Positions 19,792-31,838 are shown, numbered from the stretch's first letter. The stretch is DNA of 64,000 nucleotides from a bacterium (GCA_963675295.2 CAXXKJ010000002.1:256001-320000), one strand, 5' to 3'. The notes: generated from the sequence alone by a model not told the origin. A program made the numbers and translations.

Positions 19792-19902
19792 TTTTCCACG
19801 ACTTATCCACAGGGGGAGGAGACCGCGCATTCCGTGTGTTCTCAGGAAGATAAGCCGTTCGTGGAGACGCTATCCACGTTATCCACATCACGTTAATCCA
19901 CA
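19792..19902. promoter_or_regulatory. DnaA-box cluster upstream of dnaA (oriC part 1 / dnaA autoregulation)
   Basis: TTATCCACA at 19803 and 19879; near matches at 19792, 19870 and 19894. Confidence 0.85.
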
Positions 19903-19904
19903 TC

Positions 19905-21347
19905 ATGGGACGTCCGCACATGACAGCTTCGGCCAGACGCTTGCTGACCGAATCCCCGCGCCATTCGGATGCTGGTGATGCCAATCCCACCTGGCAACCC
20001 ATCCTCGCAGATTTGCAGAATTCCTTGCCCAGTCAGGCGTATCACACGTGGTTTGAACCGCTTCAGGCGTTCCTCTCCCCGGAGGAATTGCTGTTGGTGG
20101 AAGTACCCAGCCGCTTTTACTACGAGTGGATCGAGGGCCATTACGCCGAGTTGCTGGACCACGTGCTGGAATCACGATTAGGGGATCGTAACGCGCTGCA
20201 GTACATCCTGTCCTCGTCCGGTGCATTGAACCTCGAGCCGGAACCGGCGCCGGTTCCTGACATGGTGGCGCCCGTGTCGAATGGGCACACGTTGCCCAAT
20301 GGGTCCGGTGACAGCCGGAACGGGTTAAACTCGCGGTACACGTTCGACCGGTTCATCGAGGGTCCGCCGAATCGTTTCGCGCGCGCGGCATCTCTGGCGG
20401 TGGCGCAATCGCCGGGCGCGACTGCGTACAACCCGCTTCTCATTTACGGCGGCGTCGGTCTTGGCAAGACGCACCTGCTGCAGGCGATCGGGAACGCGGT
20501 CCAGCAGCAGATGCCGGAACACAAGGTGCGGTACATCAGCAGCGAACGGTTTACCAAGGAATTCGTCGAGGCGATCAAGGCCAATCGAGGCGACCGTTTC
20601 AGCGCCCATTACCGTAACGTTGACCTGTTGTTGATGGATGATGTGCAGTTTCTTGTCGGCCGGGACCGCACGCTGATGGAATTCTTCCACATCTTCAACA
20701 ACCTGTACCAGGCCGGCAAGCAGATCGTGTTGAGCAGTGACAAGCCGCCGAAGGAGTTGAACGGGCTCGACGAACGTCTGGTCAGCCGGTTTGGCTGGGG
20801 GTTGGTCTGCGACATCGGGCCGCCCGATTTCGACACACGTGTCGCGATCATCGAGACCTTAAGCGAGCATGAGCGTGTCCCGCTGGACATGGAGGTGATT
20901 GAATACCTCGCGAGCCGGTTTACGAACAACGTGCGTGATATCCAGGGAGCGTTGATTCGTCTGGTGGCGCATGCCAGCCTGACCGGGACCGACATCAGTC
21001 TCGACCTTGCGAAGAAGGCGTTGCACGATCTCGTCGGCACGCACAAGCGCAAGGTAAGTGTGGATCGTGTGCAACGGATCGTCGCCACGCATTACAACGT
21101 CGCGCCAGACCTGTTGCTGGCGAAGTTGCGGTCGCAGCCGATTGCCAGGGCACGAATGGTCGCGATGGCGCTGGCGTTGCGTCTCTGCCACCTGTCGTTG
21201 AAACAGGTCGGTACCAATTTCGGCGGACGGGACCACACCACGGTGTTGCATGCGCGTGATCGCGTGATCCAGTGGGAAGACGAGGACAAGGAATTCGCCT
21301 CCGAACTGACGGAGCTGATCCGTCACATCGAGAGCGACGAAGACTGA
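19905..21347 (+). CDS. dnaA: Chromosomal replication initiator DnaA
   Basis: YNPLLIYGGVGLGKTHLL, LLMDDVQF, RLVSRF.WGL, FGGRDHTTV. Start could be 19920. Confidence 0.98.
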   Translation: MGRPHMTASARRLLTESPRHSDAGDANPTWQPILADLQNSLPSQAYHTWFEPLQAFLSPEELLLVEVPSRFYYEWIEGHYAELLDHVLESRLGDRNALQYILSSSGALNLEPEPAPVPDMVAPVSNGHTLPNGSGDSRNGLNSRYTFDRFIEGPPNRFARAASLAVAQSPGATAYNPLLIYGGVGLGKTHLLQAIGNAVQQQMPEHKVRYISSERFTKEFVEAIKANRGDRFSAHYRNVDLLLMDDVQFLVGRDRTLMEFFHIFNNLYQAGKQIVLSSDKPPKELNGLDERLVSRFGWGLVCDIGPPDFDTRVAIIETLSEHERVPLDMEVIEYLASRFTNNVRDIQGALIRLVAHASLTGTDISLDLAKKALHDLVGTHKRKVSVDRVQRIVATHYNVAPDLLLAKLRSQPIARARMVAMALALRLCHLSLKQVGTNFGGRDHTTVLHARDRVIQWEDEDKEFASELTELIRHIESDED

Positions 21348-21477
21348 CAAGCGTTAGCATCCACGCGGGTTGTGCCGGGGGACGTTTCCGGCAAATCCGT
21401 GGCACAAAGTACATTGACCGCGCTCAGCCTGTTTCGTATACTTCAGGGTTCCACAGGGACAGGGCGCGGTCCTTTTT

Positions 21478-21722
21478 TTATCCACAGAAGTTATGCACAG
21501 GTGTCAGTGAGAACAGTGGATAGCCTGTGGGTGGATCGGGGATGTCTGGGTTATTCTCTCGATCCGAGTGGACGGGAGTGGATAGCGGCTTCTCATTTCC
21601 ACCGGTTGTCCACCCTGTTGGGAGAGCGGGGAACGTTTCGGCACGAATCGAGTTACGCCGGCGAAGATCGAGTTATCCCCTCTTTCCACAGCTCTACAAC
21701 GACAACAAAGAGTCTTACTCTC
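21478..21722. other. oriC (dnaA-dnaN intergenic): DnaA boxes plus DnaA-trio-like unwinding element
   Basis: TTATCCACA 21478, TTATGCACA 21491, reverse boxes 21515 and 21577, TTGTCCACC 21606. Tandem boxes 21673-21690 are followed by GCT-CTA-CAA-CGA-CAA-CAA. Confidence 0.85.
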
Positions 21723-21777
21723 TACGGATCTTAAACACCCGGGTGGAATAAAGTCCCCGGTCAGCCCGAGGAGAACC

Positions 21778-22887
21778 ATGCGTTTCCGTGTAGCTCAGGA
21801 TCAGATTCTCGAAGCGCTCAGCCGTGTCGCACCGACGGTGCCGACCAAGTCGACCTTGCCGATCTTGTCCAATGTGTTACTTCGTCTGGAAGAGAACACG
21901 TTACGGATCGTGGCGACGGACCTCGAAGTATCGGTGGTCACGGAAATGGAAGTTGACGGGGAACGTGACGGCAGCGTCACGGTACCGGCAAAGAAGATCC
22001 AGGACATCGTGCGTGAGCTGGAAGGTCTGGTGCTGACCTGCGATGTGGATGAAAACAATCATCTGCAGCTGGAAACCGAGATCGGGCAGTACCAGTTACT
22101 GGGATCCTCGGCACAGGAATTCCCGTCCCTGCCGGAATTCGAAGGCGCGACCACGATCAAGCTGGAAGCCGAGAAATTCGATTCGCTGGTGGCGCGGACA
22201 AGCTTTGCGGTCTCTCGGGACGAACTGCGGCCGGCGTTGACCGGTGTCTTCTTCCAGATTCGGTCGCATGAATTGCGTGCGGTGGCAACGGACGGGCATC
22301 GTCTGGTCCGCATCATCGACCAGAAATTCGAGAGCGAAAGCGAACACGAACTGATCGTGCCAGTCAAGGCGTTGGACATGATTCGCCGCAACCTGCCGGA
22401 CGATGGCGAGATCGAGTTGGCTATCGGCGAAAACCAGATCCTGGTCAAGTTGCCGGACGCCACGCTGTACAGCCGTCTGATCGAAGGCCGCTATCCGCAT
22501 TACGAAAGCGTCATCCCGAGCGAGAACAACAATCATCTGATCGTGGCGACGGATCAATTGGTGCGGTCGTTGAAACGTGCGCAGATCTTCGCCAACCCGA
22601 TCAACCGTCAGGTGGTGTTCAATCTCGAACCGGACAAGCTGGAGATCACCGCGGAAGACGTCGAGCTCGGCGGCAAGGGCCGGGAACAGATGGCGGCGAA
22701 GTATGACGGCGACGGGCAGTCGATCGGCTACAACGCAGCGTATCTGCTCGACCTGATGAAGCACATCACGACGGAAGACGTGCGTTTCGACCTCGGCGGC
22801 CCGAAGCAGGCCGGAATTGTCAAGCCGACGATCCCGAACGAGGGCGAAGATTTCCTGATGTTGATTATGCCGGTGCGTCTTTCCTAG
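21778..22887 (+). CDS. dnaN: DNA polymerase III beta clamp
   Basis: STLPILSN, ATDLE, RPALTGV, VATDGHRL, LIEGRYP.Y, LIMPVRL. Confidence 0.98.
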   Translation: MRFRVAQDQILEALSRVAPTVPTKSTLPILSNVLLRLEENTLRIVATDLEVSVVTEMEVDGERDGSVTVPAKKIQDIVRELEGLVLTCDVDENNHLQLETEIGQYQLLGSSAQEFPSLPEFEGATTIKLEAEKFDSLVARTSFAVSRDELRPALTGVFFQIRSHELRAVATDGHRLVRIIDQKFESESEHELIVPVKALDMIRRNLPDDGEIELAIGENQILVKLPDATLYSRLIEGRYPHYESVIPSENNNHLIVATDQLVRSLKRAQIFANPINRQVVFNLEPDKLEITAEDVELGGKGREQMAAKYDGDGQSIGYNAAYLLDLMKHITTEDVRFDLGGPKQAGIVKPTIPNEGEDFLMLIMPVRLS

Positions 22888-22912
22888 GCATAAGTCAAAC
22901 ATTTGATTGTCT

Positions 22913-22948
22913 AGCCGTCTTCTGTTCTGGAGACGGCTTTCTCTTTTT
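22913..22948 (+). terminator. Rho-independent terminator after dnaN
   Basis: AGCCGTCT...AGACGGCT followed by TTCTCTTTTT. Confidence 0.7.
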
Positions 22949-23044
22949 ACCGAGCATTGATTGCAAGAGCCGGAGTCCCTTTCTAAGTTAATCTGTACGG
23001 GAAATAAATTCTGGATTGAATTGCCAACGTTACGGGGGGACGAA

Positions 23045-25237
23045 ATGAAACCGAACACCTGCCTTCGAGTCGTACTTGTTATCCTGTCGGTCGTCATCTT
23101 GAGTGGTGAGCTATCTGCCTGGGAAACGGTCGGTCCACGGGGCATGAGCCTGACCGATCTTGAAGTTCATCCGTTCTACCGCACCAATGTTTGGATGGCG
23201 CAAAACGGCCTGCTGCTCTACTCGGAGACCAACGGCTCGACCTGGAACAACCGGACCATCGAGTTGGGCGAAACCCACGATCAGATCACACTGCATCCCA
23301 CCAACCTTGATACGGTGTTGGCGGTCATCAACGGAATCCCGTACCGTACTGTGAACCGTGGTTTTTCATGGGAGCAAGTGCCGTATCCGGCGGATGGACC
23401 GTATGTCCATCACTTGCAACGCCATCCGCTGACCGGACTGCCCGTCATCTTGCAGGGCGGTTATTACACCATGGATCATTGGGGCGGCGACTTCGAACCA
23501 CAGTATGACGATTGGGCGGATGTTTACCTGCTCCACCCCTCCGATCCGGATCTGATCACGGTGGACAGCACTCCGGATTATCCGCTGGGCCCTTGCCGAA
23601 TCCGTCTTTCTACCGGCGAAGTGGAACCGTTGTACGATGAACAGAATCTCTATGATATCTTTCATTATCCCCGATTGATTTCCATTGATACGGGCGATCC
23701 TGATTGGTTGATTGGCGAGGCGTTTTCGTTCATCTACACGGTTGACGGGTACATGGAGACCCGTGATGGCGGAATCACCTGGGCGATGGGTTCGGATCAC
23801 CCCGCGTTGTATGGCGAGACCGTGCTCACGGATGAGAACGAGGTCTGGGTTGTCACTGAAGATGCCTACATGCGCACAGTTGACGGGTCGCAGACATGGC
23901 AGATCGAAATGACGGTTGACGATCTGCCCTTCCCCTTGCACTCACTGTATTTTCTGCGCTTCAGTTTCTGCTCGCAGTTTCCGGAAACATTCTGGATGCT
24001 GAACAACAACCGTCTGTTCTACACGCACGACAGCGGCCAGAATTGGACGGAGCGTGACGGCTTTTACGATTGGCGGACTGTGCAAACCACCGTCGCGCAT
24101 CCCGTCGTGCCGGATCGCGTGTATGCCACCGCGAATGGCTTGTGGCGTTCGGACGATGATGGAATGACCTGGCAGAACGTGAACGGTACGGCGTATTCGA
24201 CTCTGCAGGTGGGGCGGGACGAGGACGTTGTGTATTCCCATCGCTGGCGCAGTCTTGATGCTGGTATCACCTGGGAAGAGCTGGACCTGACGGGCACCGG
24301 CATTCCCGACCCCGGGAGTTGCTACCTGCAGAGTATCGAGTGGGATCCATGGAATCCGGATCGGGCATTCATCACGGCATCGTATTGGGATGGTTGGGAG
24401 CCAGCCACGCCTGAAGCCTGGTACACGGAAGACTTCGGGCTAACGTGGCAGCAGCCGGAAGGGTTGCCGTCGGCGGCTTGGGAAGGGTATTTCCTCGTCA
24501 ATCCGCACCAGACTGAGCAGGTGTTTTTCTGGCACTGGACCGGGAGCAACGGATCGCTGTACCGATCTGACGACGGCGGCAGTGCGTTTTCACTGCTGCA
24601 CGATGAATGGTATCCGCTGACCATTGCCCCGAACCATGACCGGATCTTTGCGCTCGAGGGCCGCAGCCTGCTGACGTCGGTGGATGACGGCGAGACGTTT
24701 GACCTGTTTCACGACTTTGACACTGAGACCGTGTACGACTATCAGATCACGGGTTCCGGACAGGTGGTTGTCCTGACCAACATGGGAGTGTGGTACTGTG
24801 AACCGGGATTCGATACCGGGTTGTGGACGCGATTGTTGATCGACGGCGTAACCAATCAGGACGAAATCACCGTAACCAACGCGGGCAGCCTGCTCTGGCT
24901 GCAGGACATCCTGGCGTTGTATCCGAATCTGCTGACCGGGATTGCGGAGTCTGGACAATCAGTACTTCCGGCGCAGTTTTCGCTTGACCCGGCTTATCCC
25001 AATCCGTTCAACGCATCGGCGACGGTTCGCGTGTCATTGCCGGCACCGGCAGACTTACGTGTTGAACTGTTCAATCTGCTCGGGCAGTCCCTGCAAGTAC
25101 TGATGGATCAGGGATGTGTAGCGGGAATTCATACGCTCACCGTGGACGGTTCGCATCTTGCCAGCGGGACGTATTTGTTGCGCGCGTCCGCTGGTGGCTT
25201 GGGCGATCAGGTGCGGCGGGTGACGTTGCTGAAATAG
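23045..25237 (+). CDS. Secreted BNR/Asp-box beta-propeller protein with YPNPFN sorting domain
   Basis: Signal peptide; many S/T-x-D-x-G-x-T/S-W repeats; AYPNPFN...LASGTYLL...RVTLLK. Confidence 0.88.
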   Translation: MKPNTCLRVVLVILSVVILSGELSAWETVGPRGMSLTDLEVHPFYRTNVWMAQNGLLLYSETNGSTWNNRTIELGETHDQITLHPTNLDTVLAVINGIPYRTVNRGFSWEQVPYPADGPYVHHLQRHPLTGLPVILQGGYYTMDHWGGDFEPQYDDWADVYLLHPSDPDLITVDSTPDYPLGPCRIRLSTGEVEPLYDEQNLYDIFHYPRLISIDTGDPDWLIGEAFSFIYTVDGYMETRDGGITWAMGSDHPALYGETVLTDENEVWVVTEDAYMRTVDGSQTWQIEMTVDDLPFPLHSLYFLRFSFCSQFPETFWMLNNNRLFYTHDSGQNWTERDGFYDWRTVQTTVAHPVVPDRVYATANGLWRSDDDGMTWQNVNGTAYSTLQVGRDEDVVYSHRWRSLDAGITWEELDLTGTGIPDPGSCYLQSIEWDPWNPDRAFITASYWDGWEPATPEAWYTEDFGLTWQQPEGLPSAAWEGYFLVNPHQTEQVFFWHWTGSNGSLYRSDDGGSAFSLLHDEWYPLTIAPNHDRIFALEGRSLLTSVDDGETFDLFHDFDTETVYDYQITGSGQVVVLTNMGVWYCEPGFDTGLWTRLLIDGVTNQDEITVTNAGSLLWLQDILALYPNLLTGIAESGQSVLPAQFSLDPAYPNPFNASATVRVSLPAPADLRVELFNLLGQSLQVLMDQGCVAGIHTLTVDGSHLASGTYLLRASAGGLGDQVRRVTLLK

Positions 25238-25336
25238 AATTCGGATCGGACTTGTTTTCGGTCTCTCTGAGGGCTGCTGGTCTGCTGAATTTGTGTGTAT
25301 GTTTATCCTGGAGTTAGGGTCACTAAATTTCTTGTT

Positions 25337-25373
25337 CCGGGCAGTGCCGGACTGGCGCTCGCCCGGTTTTTTT
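25337..25373 (+). terminator. Rho-independent terminator
   Basis: CCGGGC-AGTGCC...GGCGCT-C-GCCCGG followed by T7. Confidence 0.8.
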
Positions 25374-25573
25374 GTTACCTTCTCCTGATTAGGCTTCTCC
25401 CGCGTAAGTACAGACGAAAAGCGGGTTCTGGCGGAAGGGCGCAAGGTGCCGGAACACAGGAGTGGCGGGATCATCTCAGACACTCACTGCGAAGTCCGCT
25501 TCCGTCATTTGAGAGTGGTTGGTTGGACGGTTTGACAGTTCGTTTTTCGTACCCCGGCGCGGCAGTTGATTTC

Positions 25574-25951
25574 ATGACCAATGGCAGTCACGAACGCATG
25601 CATCCCTGGCAGTTGTGGGAACGGGAATGGAAACGGAAATCCCGTGAACCCGGCAGCCGTCACAAGGGCCAGGTGATTCCTCTGGATGGTCTGCTCGGGG
25701 AATGGGAGCGTGGTACGAAAGTCCGTGCCGCCTTGCGTGAGGCGGATTTGTTCAACCGCTGGGCCGAGATCATCGGCGACAAACTGGCACAACAGGCGAT
25801 TCCCGACCGGCTGGACCGTGGCAAACTGGTCATCCGGGTCGAAGACAGCAGTTGGCGTCACCAGTTACTGTACATGCGTCGCGAATTGATCGGCAAGATC
25901 AATCAGGCGCTTGGTGGCCGAGTGGTCAAGGAAATCGTGTTTACGGCGTAA
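25574..25951 (+). CDS. dciA: DUF721/DciA-family protein
   Basis: W.EIIG..LA....P.....GKL.I.V..SSW..QL......LI.KIN pattern; canonical position just upstream of gyrB. Confidence 0.75.
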   Translation: MTNGSHERMHPWQLWEREWKRKSREPGSRHKGQVIPLDGLLGEWERGTKVRAALREADLFNRWAEIIGDKLAQQAIPDRLDRGKLVIRVEDSSWRHQLLYMRRELIGKINQALGGRVVKEIVFTA

Positions 25952-28048
<2,097 letters not shown>

Positions 28049-28051
28049 CAG

Positions 28052-28096
28052 GCAACAGATGCAACCGACGCAACAGATGCAAGAGACGTAACAGAC
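28052..28096 (+). repeat. 9-nt tandem tract right after the gyrB stop
   Basis: GCAACAGAT GCAACCGAC GCAACAGAT GCAAGAGAC GTAACAGAC. Confidence 0.8.
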
Positions 28097-28107
28097 ACAG
28101 CTGACTC

Positions 28108-28139
28108 ACAAACCCGGGCATGGAGTCCGGGTTTGTTTT
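28108..28139 (+). terminator. Terminator after gyrB
   Basis: ACAAACCCGGGC-ATGGA-GTCCGGGTTTGT-TTT. Confidence 0.75.
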
Positions 28140-28515
28140 CTGCCCATGACATTCTTGTCGTGGCTGACCGTACGTGGGTTGATCAGGTCCGTACGTGGAT
28201 TGATCAGTGAGGTGTTGTGCCGCAGACATTCTTGTCTGGGCTCATCCGCCATCCTTATGTCCCGTGACCCGCTAGTTCGTGTGCGCGGTTCGCAGGTCTG
28301 ATCCTCTTCCGAACCGACAGCGACACTCATGAGCCCCTGGTGGCTCCGCCAGCAGGGCTAATCCCCCCGCCGAAGAACTGTAACCTACAGGATAAACCGC
28401 GTTTGCAAGCAAACACAGGCACTTCATATTTCCGCAGTCCCTGGTGCCCGTGATTGACCGCCGGGTAGTTTCGGCGGCTATCGCGGGTCATCGGTCGTAA
28501 CTCGGGGGACACCTG
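28140..28515. repeat. Cluster of about 6 GTGCCC-foot REP-like hairpins (family R)
   Basis: Units at about 28141, 28217, 28258, 28331, 28422 (minus) and 28444, each of the form (G/T)TGCCC-stem-GG(C/A/T)TNATCC. Confidence 0.75.
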
Positions 28516-28647
28516 TCGGCACAGACCGTTCGGGTCCACCGTATCAACCGACTCGCTACCCCAATTTTCTCACGATGGTTTGTCTACTGCGAGCGCCTCC
28601 AGATGTCCCCGTCTCCCGCAGTCCGCAACTGGTTTTCGCGGCTGAAT

Positions 28648-29526
28648 CTACGTTGATTTTTCCGCCACATGCCCCATCTGCCGCGCGCGTTCGTTGAGCG
28701 TGATGATCCACAGCAACCCGGCCAATGTGATGGCCCACAGCGCAATGATCACGTACAGCAGTTGTTTCGTGCCAGCCGCGACCGCCTTGTCGCTCAAACC
28801 CGGTCCACGCAGTTTGAGCCATCCGAGTCCGGGGACAAGTTCATCGGTTTCCAGCATCAACTGTTGCCGCTCGTCCTCCGGAATAACTCGACCCTGGTAC
28901 ACCATCTCCGTCGTGCCCTGCACCAGCAGTACGGTATCCAGTGTGGATTTGTTCGGCTTCAGCACGAGCTGCACCGGATGGTAGTCGGCGAGCAACCGCA
29001 GCAATTTGCCGGTTGGAGCTGAATATGTCATGTAATGATCGATCCAGGCTGGGAGATAGTGGTCCATCAGTGCAGTCCGGGGTGTGACAGCACCATCGGC
29101 GATCGTGTCACCATCCACCGCATAGAGCTGAAAGACCGCTGTCCAGCGATCGTTGCCGAAGAACTGCGGGTTGTTGAAGATCAGCGAATCCCGGTCGAAT
29201 GTGATCCAGTTCCCCATGATGACGTTCAACGTGTCTGCCAACGCGGGATTGGCCGGATTCTGCCACGGTTCCTCGCGACTCCAGCGGAACGCATACCGCC
29301 GCAAACTGTCGGCCGTCGGTTCGCCCGGCTCGACCGTGCGCAATCGCCAGTCGATTTCCTGGTGCAGATCGTTCAGAATCAGTTGATACTGGGCGTCCCC
29401 GGGCACCGTGAGCGGATGCTCGAGCGCCACCGTCTGCAGAAACAATGTGAATACGATCAGCACCACGCTGGCAAAAAACGCCAGCAGGGTGATCACGTTA
29501 AGCACAATTCGCCAGCCACGTTTCAT
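28648..29526 (-). CDS. Two-TM membrane protein with extracytoplasmic domain, paralog 3
   Basis: N- and C-terminal TM helices; RYAFRWS, DHYLPAWIDHY; GGGGAG RBS before ATG 29526. Confidence 0.75.
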   Translation of the reverse strand: MKRGWRIVLNVITLLAFFASVVLIVFTLFLQTVALEHPLTVPGDAQYQLILNDLHQEIDWRLRTVEPGEPTADSLRRYAFRWSREEPWQNPANPALADTLNVIMGNWITFDRDSLIFNNPQFFGNDRWTAVFQLYAVDGDTIADGAVTPRTALMDHYLPAWIDHYMTYSAPTGKLLRLLADYHPVQLVLKPNKSTLDTVLLVQGTTEMVYQGRVIPEDERQQLMLETDELVPGLGWLKLRGPGLSDKAVAAGTKQLLYVIIALWAITLAGLLWIITLNERARQMGHVAEKST

Positions 29527-29552
29527 CACTCTCTCCCCGGTTCCGGATACAT

Positions 29553-30443
29553 TTACGGTTGTTCCTGCTTGCGTTTCCCACGAAAGACGATCAGCACCAG
29601 GATTCCCATCGCGAGCACCGCCCACGAAACATACATCACCGTCATCATGTCGTCCACAATCAATTGCGTCATCCGGTCGTTGATGCCGTACGATTCGATC
29701 CGTAATCGGCCGAGGTTGGCGAGTGGGACGGATTCCTCGATGAACAGCGCGGCGACCTTGTCCTCGGGGATCGGCTGGCCGTGCAGCGTGATCGGTTTGT
29801 CATTCTTGAACAGCTCGAGCGTAGGCTTGTCGGCGTCACGGGGTACGAACAGGATGGTGTACGGGTACTTGCTGTACTTGTCGCGCAGAATCCGGTAGCC
29901 GGTGTCCCAGTCCTCGTACTCATCGACCCACACCTGCAGGTAGTGGTCGGTCAGCGCGTCTGTCCGCAACACGGTCCCGGTCGCGGTGGTGTCGGCTTCT
30001 CCGAACAGGATCTGGTAGGCAAAAGTCCACAACTCGCCGTCAATTAACCGTCCGTAACTCGCGATCTTCGGTTCGCTCAGCGAAACCTTCACAGAGTCGG
30101 CTGCGGGACGGGGTCGTACGGCGTATCGCAGCCATTTGGCCAGGGTGTCCGCGACGCTGCCGGGTGCGTCCGGGATCGATAGACCGTCCCCGGTGGACCA
30201 CGTGAACGGGTATCGTTTGAGCGGGTCGTCCTGCGGTTCATGCGGGTTGGGTGAGATCGCGCGCAGGTTCAGGTAGCGCTGCAGATTCGTCGCCTGCCAG
30301 AACAGGGCGGTGCGTGTCGGTGCGGCGAGTTGCGCGTTGATCGATCCGCCCTGCACCTGGACGATGGTCAATGTCGCCGCGACACAGGCGAACAGCGCCA
30401 TCAGCAGGATCAACGCGATCACGATCCGTAACGTGGTACTCAT
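29553..30443 (-). CDS. Two-TM membrane protein with extracytoplasmic domain, paralog 2
   Basis: RYPFTWS, DHYLQVWVDEY; GGGGAG RBS before ATG 30443. Confidence 0.75.
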   Translation of the reverse strand: MSTTLRIVIALILLMALFACVAATLTIVQVQGGSINAQLAAPTRTALFWQATNLQRYLNLRAISPNPHEPQDDPLKRYPFTWSTGDGLSIPDAPGSVADTLAKWLRYAVRPRPAADSVKVSLSEPKIASYGRLIDGELWTFAYQILFGEADTTATGTVLRTDALTDHYLQVWVDEYEDWDTGYRILRDKYSKYPYTILFVPRDADKPTLELFKNDKPITLHGQPIPEDKVAALFIEESVPLANLGRLRIESYGINDRMTQLIVDDMMTVMYVSWAVLAMGILVLIVFRGKRKQEQP

Positions 30444-30455
30444 CTCCCCCTCCCC

Positions 30456-30704
30456 GGGTTCACGAACTGATTTAGAAACCACGGAATACACGGAATAAAC
30501 GGAAGAAAGACAACGTCCACGAAAGACACGAAAACAAACGAAAAACGTCTTAATGCTAACAACAAAGGATAAGGGCTTTAAATAGCATAATATTCATTTT
30601 AACTAATTTACTTTTTGTTTTAGCAACAGATTTCGTCTTTTTTTCGCGCTTTTCGTGGACAGAAGCAGTTTTCTGTTTCCGTTTATTCCGTTTATTCCGT
30701 GGTT
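30456..30704. mobile_element. AT-rich nested MITE-like element, copy A
   Basis: Outer TIR AACCACGGAATACACGGAATAAACGGAA (30477-30704 spans 228 bp); inner TIR GTCCACGAAAGACACGAAA; near-identical to 31914-32162. Confidence 0.85.
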
Positions 30705-31687
30705 CAGACTGGTTTTCGCCGCCACCAGGTGAACGGAAGCAGGATCAACGCCAGCACCATCACCCCGACACCGTACCGTGTCCGGGACCTCTCGTGTTCC
30801 ATCAGGAACTGGTCAAACAGCAGCGGTGACGCCACTTCGATCTTGTCATGCATCGGCCACAACGATCCTTCATACCACGTGACGTCGTCCCGCCAGCCGG
30901 GGTCGGGATCCAGGTTGGACTGGATCATGGCAAAGAACGCACGCACCAGCGGCGAGGTGTCGTCGTCCGGGTCGGCGAGCACGTCGGCTTCGGCATCAAC
31001 CGGGCGACTGGCGCGCAGGACCAGGGTGTCGAGGTCCATGTTGCCGGGCACCAGCCGGATTTCCGCAGGACGCCACATCCAGTTGTCCAGCAGCTCCCCG
31101 TAGACTGTCTTCCGGTATTCCTCGAACCAGCGCGGCACGTAGTCGGAGTAGAACGCGTGCACCGGGGTCAACGCACCGTGGAAGAACAGGTTATCGCTGG
31201 TCTTGACCCACGTCCCGGCGAGGATCATCGGGTGGGTACGTTCCGGCGGGTCCATCACCAGCGAGCTCATCGTCGGGGTCTTCCAGACGGGCAGGTGGGC
31301 CATGTGACGGAAGCGTCCCTCGAGGAATCCAGCGTCTGGTGGCGGATCGCTCAGCCAGCCGTCCGCCTGCGACCAGGTGACGGCGTATCGTGGCGGCAGG
31401 TCGGCACTGCCGAGGTACGGCGTCGGGCCGAGCATGCTGTACTTGAGCGAATCGAAGGGTTCGCTGATCGAATCCGGCATCACGTGCAACGGCGGTTCCA
31501 TCAGCCGTGTCTGGATGTGCGTCGCCAGGCGGTCGGCGTGCATTTGCAAGCTCGCCCGAACCGGCAGATAACGGCTTTCGATGCCGCCCGATGAGGACGT
31601 CATCAGGATGCCGCTGGCCAGCAGAAACATTCCGGCGAGCAACAGCAGAACCACGGCAATACGAATGGTAATCATCAGGGCACGCAT
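30704..31687 (-). CDS. Two-TM membrane protein with extracytoplasmic domain, paralog 1
   Basis: RYAVTWS, SDYVPRWFEEY, IRLVPG..DLDTLVL; AAGGGGGAG RBS. Confidence 0.75.
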   Translation of the reverse strand: MRALMITIRIAVVLLLLAGMFLLASGILMTSSSGGIESRYLPVRASLQMHADRLATHIQTRLMEPPLHVMPDSISEPFDSLKYSMLGPTPYLGSADLPPRYAVTWSQADGWLSDPPPDAGFLEGRFRHMAHLPVWKTPTMSSLVMDPPERTHPMILAGTWVKTSDNLFFHGALTPVHAFYSDYVPRWFEEYRKTVYGELLDNWMWRPAEIRLVPGNMDLDTLVLRASRPVDAEADVLADPDDDTSPLVRAFFAMIQSNLDPDPGWRDDVTWYEGSLWPMHDKIEVASPLLFDQFLMEHERSRTRYGVGVMVLALILLPFTWWRRKPV

Positions 31688-31838
31688 GGTCTCCCCCCTT
31701 GGGCGTGCGGATCACGGTGGTGTCATTCAGCAGGAAGGTAGTACAGTTTGGCTGGAAATGCTTGCTGGGGTGGGTTGCAAACCTACGCCATTCATGTGCC
31801 CCTGTGACCCGCCGTCCGTAGTCTTGGTGCCCGTGATA

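Noticed and set aside
28168-28207. 19-bp direct repeat CCGTACGTGGRTTGATCAG x2
   Set aside because: Only two copies inside the hairpin cluster; most simply a local duplication.
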